Of a DNA stretch of 64,000 nt, positions 1-12,602 are shown piece after piece. Each line of letters opens with the position of its first letter. The stretch's first letter is position 1. The stretch comes from Lytechinus pictus (lineage: Eukaryota). The notes under the pieces were generated by a model. That model searched no databases. It saw nothing but the letters and a program-made list of their open reading frames with translations, and was not told the origin of the DNA. The stretch is from positions 15,254,001 through 15,318,000 of the forward strand of contig NC_087263.1 in NCBI RefSeq assembly GCF_037042905.1, given 5' to 3'. Made by a program: the position numbers and the translations under genes.

Positions 1-141
1 TGATGACAATTATACACGTGACACCTCATAGTGCATCCCGGATGCAGAGATATTACCCCCATCGCTGGGCCGGATACATAACTGACACATAATATTCATC
101 TTTCCTCCCGGAATGGCACTTGGGATCTCAACATCATCTCT

Positions 142-155
142 GTTGCCATGGCAAC
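142..155. promoter_or_regulatory. Perfect palindromic RFX X-box (GTTGCCATGGCAAC)
   Basis: Exact match to the palindromic RFX consensus; the palindrome extends to 18 bp (CTGTTGCCATGGCAACAG, 140-157). Function untested. Confidence 0.55.
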
Positions 156-330
156 AGGGCATCACTAGGGGGTCGAGGAGAGCGCCTGGGGGGTATTTGA
201 TAAGATGGGAGCGGGGAGTGATAGTTGTCTGGTGTATTTCTCATTCGGAAAGCAGCTTGAGCTGAGGATCGTATGCATTATTATCAAATAGAAAGCAAAA
301 TAAATATTAAAGTTAAAGATGCTACATAAT

Positions 331-530
331 GATCTTTTTTTGCATACACACATTTTTTTTCATAGCATAATATGATTTTCTTTTTTAAATAGGACAACTA
401 GGAGCACAATATCACGTAAACTATGTATGGCAAAACATATAAAGATCTCTCTTTGCATACATGTTTTTTTTCATAGCGGTCAGGATTTATGATTTCTTTT
501 TTTTTTACATAGGACAATCAGGAACAAATG
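331..530. repeat. Degenerate ~110-bp tandem duplication
   Basis: gatct..tttgcataca..ttttttttcatagc..tatgattt..ataggacaa occurs at ~331 and ~444, with a weaker third copy at ~703-775. Confidence 0.6.
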
Positions 531-1559
531 ATAAATAAATCTGTGTAATACATAGCAACCATCATTACTTGCCCCTAATTCTTTAAACTATCAGGTATTG
601 TTGAAAAAGTTAATTTTGTACTTATAATTATGACAAGTTGCTCAATGTATCCTAAATATACTCACAGCGAACTAAAGTTGTAAATATACTATAAATTTTG
701 CATCTTCTTGCATGCATCTATTCTGTTCATAATCAGGATATTTTTTTTAAAATAGGGCACATGCAGTGCACAAATACTATATTTTGGGGGTATATTGAGT
801 GTGATTACATTCAAAACAGCAATCCTTGGGGGAGGACTATTTTTTCACATTCTTCCTGAGTATGATAGAAAGAATTATGAAAGCTTGCAATGATCATTTT
901 CATCTAGCCCATAAATTTTCTTTATAATATTTAGAATGGTTCATTTTCTAATCCAGGAGCAGTTTACCTTCCTAGCTCTGATCAGGTCCCCCATCATTTG
1001 CTTGTATATAATCACGTCTAAACTGTTTGTTTACAGGTAATACGCAGACACTACAATAACTCTGACACCGGTGACATTTACCGTCGATAATGATTGATTA
1101 TGAGCAAAGGCTTGGGTGTCGAGGTTCTCGGCGGGCAGCCCAGTCTTTAGCAGGTACCTGGGCAAGACGTTTAGGCGTAATGCTTTACTTTAGTGACAGT
1201 ATGCTCAAGTTAATACTGCATTAGCTAAATCAATAAATGAAATTACCTAGAATTCATAACTGAACTCAGTACAGGAAAATGTTGTTAAGGGCATCCCCGC
1301 TTCCAATAATTCAAGGAAAATAGTGTAGGCCTACCATATTGCCAAACTTTACACCCTAAAACTGAATTTGTTCATGCGCTCGATCACTTTGCTCGCTTGG
1401 TTGAATATTCTCTTGTATATTGAAAATAACCCCCCTCCCCCTCCCCTAAATTCCTTCATACAGCCTAACACTATCTTTATCATATCATAGGCGAGCGTGT
1501 TGTCTGTAAATGATATAAGCAATAAACCTAATACCTTTATCTTTGTTTTTCTAACTACC

Positions 1560-2045
1560 CTGCCCTTTTGTCTCTCTCTCTCCCTCTCACTTTCTCTCTC
1601 ATTACTCCCCTCCATCAGCCCCCATCTCTCTTTCTCCCCTCATTCCCCTTCCCCTCACTCTCCTTCCCTCTCCTTTCCTCCCCCTCTCCCTCTTTATCTT
1701 TCTCCTCTCTCCTCTAACCCCTCTCTTGTTTCTTCTCCCTCCCCTTCTCCACTCCTTTCATCTTCCTCCCTTTCTTTCTCTCTTACTTTCCCTCCCACCA
1801 TCTTCCCCTTCCCTTCTCAATCCATCCATCTCTTCCGTCTCCCCCCCCTGGCCCCAGTCATTTAAATAGTAAATACCATGCATACTATTACGTAATGAGG
1901 AAACCCCCCCCCCCCCTTCTCAATCCATCTATCTCCATCCCTTCCATCTCCCCATCCCCCCATGCCCCTCCCCCATCATTTAAATAGTAAATACCATGCA
2001 TACTACTACAAAATGAGAACACCACCCCCCCCCCATTCCACTTCC
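1560..2045. repeat. CT-rich low-complexity tract followed by a ~115-bp tandem duplication
   Basis: Polypyrimidine tract 1560-1850; catttaaatagtaaataccatgcatacta occurs at ~1859 and ~1977. Confidence 0.75.
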
Positions 2046-3372
2046 CCTTATCATTATATCACCAAATGAGGCTAATTATTCCAAGACAAAGACATAGCCT
2101 TGTGCATCTCATTAGCGCTCATTTTATCTTGTCTCTGTCTCGCTTGCATTCTGAAAGTGACATGGGTAATTAGTGCACACAGACATAAGGAGCTACTAGT
2201 CTCTCGTTCCAGACCCTGTTTACCTGTATCCTTTGGGGGAAACCTTTATGAACTAGGAATAGACCAATTAGAAAGGCACAAGACATTTCAAAGTTGTATT
2301 TGTTCTAGCACCACAACAATCTCTATCCATCTTTCCCACCAGAGGCATCAATTCTTCATCTTTTTTCTTCAATTCCAGGTAAAAGGAGAAAATGATGAAT
2401 AATACCAAAATAGTTCATATTGGTAAAAACAATTTTAAAGTAAAGGATGAATTGCAATAGTCACTAGGTTTTCGATACAACCCTATAATGCCTTGGAATA
2501 GGTAATTTGTGGAAACATCTCCTGGCTATACCAACATGAAAATACCAGTTCTTAGAAAACTGAAAATAATTATACTCTGAATAGCTGAATGAGTATCTCT
2601 GTATTAGAGGTGATCACATTTGCATGTGAAAAGGTAGATCCAGCATGCTTAATTTGAAATATATATTCATGTACATGACATATAGATTTTCCTTTAATCT
2701 TTAATACATGCCCAGATGGGTTTTGTATACAAATAGATTGATCAGGAAACAAAGACATAAAGAAAAGATGATCAACTTTCATTTTCACTTTCCTGAGAAG
2801 AGTGGTTCTTTGTTCCCTTCCTATGTAACATCCTGCAGTATTTGTATGTATTTTTTTTTCATATGGTAAACAAATGTGTAAGCCTATAGCCATTTGTAAC
2901 TCCATGCTACATGCATAGCAGAGCTGCCAACCAACCTCATCCATCCAAAAAAGAATCACAATGGTAAGGGGGGGTCCACCCGCTCCCCCCCCCCAAAAAA
3001 AAAAAATGTTGACAAAAACCCTAACACCTTATCTTTATGAAGAAAAGATAGATGTGACTTCTTTCAATAAAGACATGATTTTCTAAAAAAAAGTAAATAA
3101 ACAAAAAAAAAATTAATGAAATTTAAGAAGAAAAGCTGTCCAATTTTGTTTAAACAGGGTATAATTCCATAATTATACTAGGTATATTGTGTCCTGAATA
3201 CTTTACAAAGAAATGCTTCATAAAGCCAGCTAACATACAAAGTCTATGTACAATGAAGATTTACAAGTAACTCATACATGCCTCAAAAAGGAAGTGAGAT
3301 GGTCAATAAAGTCTGTTTCAGTAGACTACAACTAAAGATGATGGCATCATTAAAACCAGGTTCTAATGACTA

Positions 3373-3857
3373 GGTGGTTTCAGACCGCCTCGAAGTTCGC
3401 CAGTTCCAGGTATTCTCTGATCGGGAAATTTACCCCGATCAGAAAATACCAGGTATTTTGGCGGTCTGAAAGCAAACTACGCGTAATATCCCCGAAAGAA
3501 AATACCCGATAAATAGTAGGTACTTGGCGAAATTACGAGAACTTTCGCGGGGATTTTTCCAAGGTCGTGGGTATTTTGGCGGTCTGAAAGCAAATTACGG
3601 GAACTTTTAGCCCAGCATGTCGTTGGGTGCGGCGCCGTGGGTGGCTGCTGGGCTAGTGATTTTGAATCTCGCGCCTTGCTTGCTTATCAGACCATACTGC
3701 GCATGCTCGTAACTTCAGGAACTACTTCAGGAACTTATCCCGAAGGGTATGTTTCAGGGCGGTGTGAATGCAGGAATAATTAATGGGTATTTTTCAGCCT
3801 AAAAAAGTTCTCGTAATTTAACGGGGATTCTTGTGATCGAGGCGGTTTGAAACCACC
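3373..3857 (+). mobile_element. MITE family A, copy 1 (TA-flanked)
   Basis: TIRs GGTGGTTTCAGACCGCCTCGA / TCGAGGCGGTTTGAAACCACC with TA on both sides; near-identical inverted copy at 52734-53209. Confidence 0.9.
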
Positions 3858-4023
3858 TACTGATGCAGCATATTGATTTGCTCTCGAGAACATTATCTCA
3901 GGAGGAGGACAATGGTCCTTGGGAGCTTTTCAGGGACTAGTTTGCCTGTGAATTTTCACTGTTAAAAGCTACTGAAATTCTCACAACCGATTGGCCTAGA
4001 GCAAGTTTGGCGGTGACGTAATT

Positions 4024-4288
4024 GGGCCTGTTGCATAAAAGTTACTATTATGGTAACTTTGCCATCCAATGGTAACTACCATGGTAACAACAATGATCAA
4101 CAGCCAATCATAATCAAGGATTCCATGCAAGTTACCATTGGATGGCAACTTTACCATAATGGTAACTTTTATGCAACTGGGCCCTGGATGGAATCCTTGA
4201 TTTTGATTGGTTGTTCATCAGCGTTACCATGGTAGTTACCATCGGATGGCAAAGTTACCATAATAGTAACTTTTATGCAATGGGGCCC
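4024..4288. mobile_element. Compound GGGCC-ended MITE (Harbinger-like): a full copy plus an inverted partial copy
   Basis: TIR GGGCCTGTTGCATAAAAGTTAC at 4024, with matching right ends at 4184 and 4288, both followed by TGG. Confidence 0.8.
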
Positions 4289-4411
4289 TGGTAACTCAAA
4301 AAGGAGCCTGGGAAAATCTCCCTACATTGCAATGTTAAAGCTTAATCAATGTTGCAGATTCAGACAGTTAAGTTGAGAAAAAGGAGCCCCGAAAATGAAA
4401 CAAATTTTGCC

Positions 4412-4788
4412 CGAGACCTATACACGCGAGCCGTGCTCAACACGGCATTTTACGCCGTGTAAATGCGATCAGTGTGATCCACGAGCCGGTTCGAACACAG
4501 CTTTTTTGATCCGCCAAAATCGTATGTTTCAACCCGCGAGCCGAGTCCGACTTTTTTTTTTTGTGTGTGTGTAAACGGAAAACCGTGTCGAGCCCGCATG
4601 ACTTAGGTCAAACACAGGATATTTCCCGCATTTGTGATGTCTATTCTACTTCTGTTCGTGATCCGCAGGCCATGCCGAACTTGCCTTTATTTGTTTAAGT
4701 ATAAACGCGATCACAGTTGCCCTCTTCGCAGCATTCGACCCTGCTTGAGGATTCAACACTCGAGCCGAGTCGTGTGTAAACACAGTAT
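4412..4788. mobile_element. CpG-rich putative MITE with a repeated CGAGCCG motif
   Basis: Sharp CpG-rich block with CGAGCC(G) about five times; only weak terminal symmetry (TACACGCGA / TCGTGTGTA). Confidence 0.45.
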
Positions 4789-5299
4789 AACGCCCTTCTG
4801 CTTGTGAGTTGACGATGATGATAAGACAACATACCACTGAAATTGGTACCAAGGTCTTAAAGCAGACACAGATTATAACACCAAGGTCATTATAGAGACA
4901 AAGAAGATCCCAGATGACGTCACATAAAAGAGACGGAGGGGTCGTTACAGAGAGAGCTGCACCCCATAGCTTCACCTAAATACAACTCAGAAAATCATAT
5001 GAAATTCATAAATTTAAGCTTCTGATAGTCCTTCAGGACGCATTTGATTGTGGGAGATGCATTTGGCCAAGAGGACAAATTTTTAGATCTATAAAAATAA
5101 TATACGTACATTTTTTTTGGAAAAGAAAAAAGAAGGGATGGGGGCAAAAAAAAATATTGATGCTTTGCATGGTTCTAGGACAGCCCGTCATTCCCCCCCC
5201 CCCCCCCTCCACCAAGAATGACACCCATAACAGCACCCCGAGGATTCTGGAATAGACTGAGGGGGAGATATCATTCAAATGGACTAGTCATTAGAGGGG

Positions 5300-6040
5300 G
5301 TGCACCCCCCCCCCCCATCACACACTGTCTGTTTCTCTCCCTCTCTCTCATTTCGTCATCCTCTTTCCTATAAGGCAGTTACACTCATCTCTTGTTTCTT
5401 CCATCCGTATGTCTGTATGCTCAATCACACCCCCCCCCCTCTCTCTTTCTCTCCCCCCCCCCTCCAACATACTCTTTCATTCTCCTATCTGTCTATTAAT
5501 ACACTAATCTCTTAATTCTTCCACTTGTAACCTCTTAAAAGCCAATCACTCCCTTCCCCCCATCTCTCTCTCTCTCTCTTTCTTTCTATGTCTCTCCGTC
5601 CACCCCACCCCCCTTCCACAATACTATTTCCTTCTCCTTTCTGTCTATTAATACACTCATCTCTTAATTATTCCACATGTAACCTCTATAAAGCCAATCA
5701 CTCCCTCCCCCCCCCCCATCTCTCTCTCTTTCTTTCTCTATCTATGCCCCCCCCCCCCTCCCCCTACACAATGCTCCTTCCTTTTCCTACCAGTTTGTTA
5801 ATACACTCATCTCTTAATTCTTCCACCTGTAACCTCTTTATAGCCAATCACTCCCCCCCCCCATCTCTCTCTTTCTTCCTCTGTCTCTCTGCCCATGGAC
5901 CTACTAGTAGGTCCATACTCTGACCCATCCCCCCCCCCCTCTCCTTCCACAATACTCTTCCTTTTCCTACCAGTCTGTTAATACACTCATCTCTTAATTC
6001 TTCCATCTGTAACCCCTCAATATGCGCGATCACTCCCACT
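5300..6040. repeat. Minisatellite, ~150-180-bp units with poly-C/CT spacers
   Basis: aatacact(c/a)atctcttaatt.ttcca..tgtaacc recurs at ~5498, 5649, 5800 and 5980. Confidence 0.85.
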
Positions 6041-6712
6041 CTATTCAAAACCCAAAGCAGTCCCACATGGTCATGGCTGGCAAAACAATAGGGACCATTC
6101 ACACAAGAGCAATTACAGGTATATCTTAAAATAAATTTCAACCATCTCTTAATGATTGATAATGATAGTAGCACAGTATACTCATAAAGCAGCAATATAA
6201 GATAAAATAAATATTTGAATTGTGACAGCTTCTTGCTTATTTGCAAATCATCATGAAGTACACATTACATTTTCAACCACCGCTTATTAAAAGAGCATAT
6301 AATTTACAGTGTGCTAATTATACATTGTAAGACTTTCAACTCAACATGCACAGGGATCTTTTTCATGGTATGCTGTATCTGGTGAATTATTACATGATCA
6401 GTTGACAGTCAAAAAAGCAAACAATATCAATATGCAACATAATACTATATCATTATTTGTTTATACATTTCATTATTTTTTCATGTGAGCTAAAATGTCT
6501 ACATGGTGGTGTAATTGGATGAAGACCGAATTTGCAATGTTCTTTCATTAACTTTTGGAGAAGATTACAAAGATTTTAAAAAATTATGCAATACAACCCA
6601 ACCCACAATGTATTTCTTAACATTCATTTTGTTCATGCTGTGATGACAATGGCAAATGGAAGCACATGACAAGGCCTAAAGAGTCCTCTCGTAAAACATG
6701 AGATCTTACTCA

Positions 6713-7091
6713 TACCCCTTTCATAAACCCAATTATGCGGCTAATAGCAGCATAATTTGGTCGTAAAATCGGAGGAGGACCAGAGTTATCCGCATTATTT
6801 TGATGCTGCAATTATCCGCATAATAGCAGCATCGGGACAAGATTTTGAGTTTATGAACGTATTTCCAAATAATGCGGATAATTGCCATGGTGCGGTCACA
6901 AGGTCACCCTTTTCCAACACAACCGCATCGGAGGGGGCGTGTCCAGTTGTCATGGCGATTATCCGCCTTTTTCAGGACGGGCGCTCGTAAAAATAATGCG
7001 GATAATTTTCGGAGTTTGTGAACGCAATTTTTATTGAATTATCCGCTTTACTATTAGGCGGCTAATTGGAGGATAGGTTTATGAAAGGGTA
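6713..7091 (+). mobile_element. MITE family C, copy 1
   Basis: TIR TACCCCTTTCATAAACC / GGTTTATGAAAGGGTA; near-identical inverted copy at 43687-44066; flanks TCA/TAA. Confidence 0.9.
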
Positions 7092-7115
7092 TAAGACCAA
7101 ACATATTTTCCACAG

Positions 7116-7697
7116 TGGGTGTTTCATAAACCATCTCTTAAATTACGAATGATTTTACGAATGACTGGAAGCACTTTCTTGTGCTAAATGGTATCCCTAT
7201 GTAGTTGACTTACCACCTAATACCCCGTTCTCATTACACTTTCTAAAACTAGTTTACTGGAAGCCGGTTCAGAAAACCCGTTTGGAAGATCGCTTTGCTA
7301 TAGCATTCCCATTTGACCATCCGAAAGTGATTTTCAAAATCACTTCACGTAAAGCGATATTGTTGCAATGGGAACGCTCTCACCGGGGTGACACATTTCG
7401 CGCGAAATTCGAAACAGCAGCGTAGGCATTCTACACACAGTGTGTGGAGTAGAGCACTAAAAATGTGCGAAGAACGGTTGTGTCCTCACTACGCTAAAAA
7501 CAGTTTAACAAGGCAAAGCGATCTTGGAATCTACATCGCGAGGTGATTTTATGAACCGGTTTGGAAGATCGCTTCGACCGTTCTCATTACACGTTAAACT
7601 AGTTTTAAGAAAGTAGTGAGAATGGTATCTAAGAACATGTTCCAGGCGTGTATGAAGTCATGCGTTACTTTACGAAAAGGTTTATGAAACACCGACC
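7116..7697. mobile_element. MITE hosting a nested insertion
   Basis: GGTGTTTCATAAACC ... GGTTTATGAAACACC termini, flanked by CAG/CTG. Confidence 0.65.
7221..7629. mobile_element. Nested MITE with TAA TSD (PIF/Harbinger-like)
   Basis: Imperfect TIR ..TTCTCATTACACTTTCTAAAACTAGTTT / AAACTAGTTTTAAGAAAGTAGTGAGAA..; TAA at 7218-7220 and 7630-7632. Confidence 0.75.
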
Positions 7698-8254
7698 CTG
7701 GTCTGAATGGGGACCTTCAGCAAGATTTTAAACCCCTCTGACAACGTCATTCAACACAGTACCTGCAGTTGGAATGGCAACTCTGAAAATCTACCTGAAA
7801 CTCATTAATTCAATGTAGTCCTGCTTCTGTGGAAAGACCAGCCAAGAAAGAACTGGATGATGTTCAGGCGATTGGGGATACACCTGCGCTCCATACGGTT
7901 GAATACAAATTAAAGGGAGAAGTCGATGCTGTTAGCTAGGTCTGACTCTAGTATAGCATAAAAGGTGAAATAATGGTCCGAGAGTGTTTAAAAAGAATTA
8001 TAAATCTATCCCAAAATCAAAATTACCTGGTGCGTTGTATCTAATTCAAATATTTTTAGGACAGTTTAAAAAAAATTAGGTTCACATTAAGTAGCATGGT
8101 TGTTTGACTGGAATCAGTTCTCTAGAGGATTAGGAGACTGTGTTCAGCAATATCTGGTTGCCAAAACTGCCATATTAATGATATGATACAGCTTTTTTTT
8201 CTGAGCTGCCATAAAAATGTTTTGGTGTATGTATTCTACTAGGGAGCATTCCTG

Positions 8255-8801
8255 GGTTACACTTCGTAATTCCGAAGGTTCATAATTCCGAAGGTTCTTT
8301 ATTCCGAAGGTTCGTAATTCCGAAACACGTAAATTGCCTATACCTCGATGTTCGTTAATCCGAAAACGTAAAAGGGTTCGTTAATCCAAACATTTGTGGC
8401 GTTATTCCGAAGGCTGGTTTTTCCGAAGGTTCGATAATCCGAAAACGAAATAAGGTTCGATGTTCCGAAGGTTCGTTAATCCGAAAACGAAATAAGGTTC
8501 GTTGTTCCGAAGGTTCGTTAGTCCGACAACGAAATAAGGTTAGTTAATCATTTAGTTTTCGGACTAACGAACCTTCGGAATTACGAACCTCATTTCTTTT
8601 TCGGATTAACGAACCTTCGGAATTACGAACCTCACTTCGTTTTCGGACTAACGAACCTTCGGAATTACGAACCTCATTTCGTTTTCGGACTAACGAACCA
8701 TCGGAATAACGAACCTTCGGAAATACGAACCTTCGGAAATACGAACCTTCGGAATATCCGAACCTTCGGAATAACGAAGCTTCGGAATTACGAATGCATG
8801 C
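8255..8801. mobile_element. Foldback-type element built of inverted 16-bp tandem arrays
   Basis: (TTCGTAATTCCGAAGG)n on the left and its reverse complement on the right; GCATTCCTG duplicated at 8246-8254 and 8802-8810. Confidence 0.85.
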
Positions 8802-8862
8802 GCATTCCTGCTGGTATTCATTCACCTCACTGGAGTTGAGTGCAATACGATAAATGCAAGCA

Positions 8863-9166
8863 GGTGTGTCGTGGTCTAGTGGTTCTGACTCTCGCCTTTC
8901 AAAAAGAGGGTTGTGGGTTTGATTCCTAGCCGTGGCATGTTTTCCTTCAGCAAGAAATTTATCCACATTGTGCTGCACTGACCCAGGTGAGGTGAATGGG
9001 TACCGGTAGGAAATAATTCCTCAAAAAGCTGTGTGCACCTGAATCGGTAGCCTAACTTTAATAGCCAGGTAATAATAATAGCAGGGCCCGCTGGGAGAAC
9101 AGTTTTCAGAACTGAAGTGGCTATCCTGGGTAAATATGCTGTTATTATTATTATCATTATTATTAT
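8863..9166 (+). mobile_element. tRNA-derived SINE with a Deu/Nin-like core
   Basis: A-box TGGTCTAGTGG, B-box-like GGTTTGATTCC, core GACCCAGGTGAGGTGAATGGGTACCGG and (TTA)n tail. Confidence 0.85.
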
Positions 9167-9674
9167 CAATGCCATGGGGGGACCAGAACCCACAACCCTC
9201 TCTTCCAAAGACAAGAACCAGAACTACAAGGCCACTGCACTTCCACATCGAAGTGAGCACAGGACGCAAATATTACTGTATAATCAATTAAACATAACCA
9301 AAATCGCAATCAGGAACTACAATCTGATGATGGAAGAGAGAGTTGTGGGCATACATGTATATAAAAACATGAAGAGAACATCGACTAATTAAAACAGCAC
9401 ACATGAGTGTTTCCCCTGGTGCAGCTACCATTCCTATTAATTTAATCAATTACTTTCAATTAGCAATGGACTTCTAAGAGGCATAACTAAGGAGGGAGCT
9501 TTCACATGATGGCATTATCTTCTCCGCAAGGGTTGGTGAAGGGGTATGCCGAGCATGTCCCTATTCTTTATGCCAAATTTCAATTCTGAAAGTGATTTGA
9601 ATTGCCCCTATGGTTACAAAACTTATAATTGATTTCAATTTGACCCACTCCCCTTAAAAATGATAATAGGAGGC

Positions 9675-9855
9675 CTAAATAAACGAATAACTTAATATAC
9701 AAATAATGAACAAATAAATAAATAAATGAATGAAAGAAAGAAAGAATGAATAATACCCAGAATGGATGGGTGGGTGGATGGATGGATGGATAAATGAATG
9801 AATGAATGAATGAATGAAAAAATAAATGAAAAAATAATAAATAAAAAATGAAAAT
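9675..9855. repeat. Compound (AAAT)/(GAAT)/(GGAT) microsatellite
   Basis: Tetranucleotide runs visible directly. Confidence 0.85.
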
Positions 9856-10510
9856 ATGAATTTGAAAACAATCCTTATCAAAAGGAATGCAGTTTTTCAA
9901 ACAAGTTCAATAGAAAGATGGAAGAATACTCGTCTAAAAGGGTTTGTAGCTTAGGCTGTCAGCACTCTGGCACTGTTCATTAATTTGATTAAGTTTTCAT
10001 ACCATCTATTAATAGCCATGATAACAATTACTCTAATTGAACTGGGTCAATACCTCAATGTATATAGACTACAAATAAACTCACATGAATAATAATAACA
10101 TTTGCAGGGTACTTTAAACAGATGCTTCAAATGTCGAGGGTGGGATGACTAATAAAAATAACAAATCAATAGATTTTTCAATGTGGTACATAAAAAATAA
10201 CAGTAAAATATTCATACATATTTCATTATGAAAATCACCATTTTGGAGTATAAAGCAGACCATATAGGGTCATAAAATACAAATATTGGCTAATACATTA
10301 TTGCAATCAACCTGATAACTTTAATAGGTTTGTGCTTAGAATGAGGCGGATGCAGGAAAGTCTCAGGGGTCAAACCTAATTTTTGTTTTAGTTTAAGCAT
10401 TGGGCCTTCATTTTGTTATGCTTATATTAATACAATGTCCCTCATGTGCATGTCTTCACTATACCTACTCATTTGTCAGCTAAAATTTCATTCTTACAAA
10501 GTTAGGTTAA

Positions 10511-10903
10511 AGCTAAATAAACGTAGTTGCAGTAAAACACTGATTTCGTGAGAAAGTCTGTAAAACCAAGGTAAAGTATTGATATATCATCGTGGATCTA
10601 GATCTGGTACAGTTACATAAACTGAACTTTGTGAAATCATAATATCTAGCTAAAAACGATCACACTGAAGATCGCCAACACAGATAGGCACACGTGGGAC
10701 AGTGTATTATTATTGCTGGAATAAAGACCCGACGGAAGTGACCAAATCCGTGCTTATTTTGCTTATTTCTCAGCAATTACACAATTTCTTCCAGAATCCT
10801 TCAGCACATATTTTTTATTCATACAAACAGACACTTTGGTGATCATTGTATTAAATTCTGTAAAAAGTCATTTTGAGATCGTTCCCACAACTGGAATTTA
10901 TCT
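10511..10903 (+). mobile_element. Kolobok-like MITE (TTAA TSD), family K1
   Basis: TTAA on both sides, AG..CT termini and an imperfect TIR; diverged relative at 24759-25155. Confidence 0.8.
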
Positions 10904-11214
10904 TTAATACCATACTATTTGCAGATCTTAAAAGGTTATGGTGACAATTAACTTTGAATTTTTAAGACTTTTCCTTGAAAATGTTGCTTTGGTGCTACAT
11001 GTATTACTCGAGTTGAGGTATTAAAGACCGAACTGGCTACTACAAATACAAATTCAACATCTGAAAGGGGATAGAGCGCAAGAAACGGTCTCAATTTTCA
11101 CTCAGTGGTGGGGAGTAATTTGATCCTCCTTCCCATGCGCTTACTATCAACATAAAAGGCGCTGGTTTACCAGAGCTTGTCTGCTCCCTCAAGGGCAGGG
11201 TGCTACCCAGCTTT

Positions 11215-11410
11215 CACAACAAACCTGGTCCACTTTCACAATACTTGTAATCAATATTGGAAATAATTGCCAGTGAAAGACACAGGTTCACAACAACCTG
11301 GGCCTGTTTTCACAATACTTGTAATCAATATTGGAAATAAATCCGGCAAGAGACACAAGTTTAAAAACAAACCGGGCCTGCTTTCACAGTACTTCATAGT
11401 GCAATCTGGC
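11215..11410. repeat. ~70-bp tandem repeat, 2-3 copies
   Basis: tttcacaatacttgtaatcaatattggaaataa occurs twice exactly, followed by a third degenerate unit. Confidence 0.75.
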
Positions 11411-11474
11411 CCTAAAATTTCCAAGATGGTATGCTTTGGGGCGACCATCTATTTTAGAGTTGTCCCAAGATCAG

Positions 11475-11619
11475 GGGTCCATTGCAGAAAGAGTTGCGTT
11501 TAAACGCAAGTAAAAAAATCAATCGCAAGTCCAAATTGCGCGCTGTTGATCGGTTGAAAATTAAGTTGCGGATGATTTTTGGAGTTGCGATTGATTGCAA
11601 CTCTTTCTGCAACGGGCCC
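11475..11619. mobile_element. Short MITE with CAG TSD (Harbinger-like)
   Basis: TIR GGGTCCATTGCAGAAAGAGTTGC / GCAACTCTTTCTGCAACGGGCCC; CAG at 11472-11474 and 11620-11622. Confidence 0.85.
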
Positions 11620-12602
11620 CAGGGGCCCTGCACTAAAAATATGAGAAAAATTAGAAAAAGTCAATATTCTACATATTCCACAAAAATTCAGCAATTATTA
11701 CAAATGTCACACAAAATTGAGTTTTACTTACACCCAGGCACCCAATGCAGGGCCTATAACCTCGAATGCCAGCATCATCTAAATCGTTAACTCAAAACAA
11801 TCATGAGTTGTACGCCCCTTTTCATACCCCAAATCTGAAGTACATATCCAGATGGAGAATTGCTTCAAGTACTTATTTTCCCCCAGGAAAAATGATTTGG
11901 GGTTTGCGCCATGGCAACAATTACGTAAATACAAATCTACGGGGATATAGGGGGAGTGGATTAGTGAGTTTTATTAACGTGTTAAAAGATGTGAAAGAAG
12001 TGAAAAAAGATATTGTTATTCATATTTTAGTTAAATACAGATAAAATTGCAAAGCAAGGACAATAATCATATGATCATTTTATTTCAATTGTGTGATCTT
12101 CACAAGGTTCCACCAAGGATATATCTGGTTTTATTTTGGCAAAAGTGGCATTGCTATCATGGAGCTGTGTGCCTTGTTGTTCCATATCAAAAACAAAAAC
12201 TCTGGAAAACTGCCCAAAATAATAGAAGTACTATATTACATCTTAAAAACAGTGGTGTAAATTCTTTGTCAACTGAAGTAATTCTGAAAAAATAATAAAT
12301 GTGATTGTTAATGTCACATTTTCTCTAAAATTTGGCTCTTTTCGTTCCATTAATGATATCTTTATATATTCTAATTCATTCTGTAGGTAACTTTTGGCTT
12401 TAAGCATTTAAGAGATTTCTTAGTTTCTGTAATGGAAAGGTCATAAAGAAAACTAATTATTGTGATTGTGAAATATATGCAAAATTGCAGTATTCATTGC
12501 ACATGGTAAAAACTACACCTTAATAGAGGACTACTACACCAAGTAATTTCATACCAGTGTAGATTTATGGTGTTATTTCATTCAATACCCAACAACACTT
12601 AA

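Noticed and set aside
1091..1098. TGATTGAT Pbx/Hox-type motifs here and at several other sites
   Set aside because: Isolated AT-rich 8-mers are expected by chance, and some lie inside repeats.
8544..8978. 144-aa ORF with VRNSEGSLVRK repeats; array superficially CRISPR-like
   Set aside because: It is a translation of the foldback element's tandem repeats. There are no unique spacers, no cas genes, and the context is eukaryotic.
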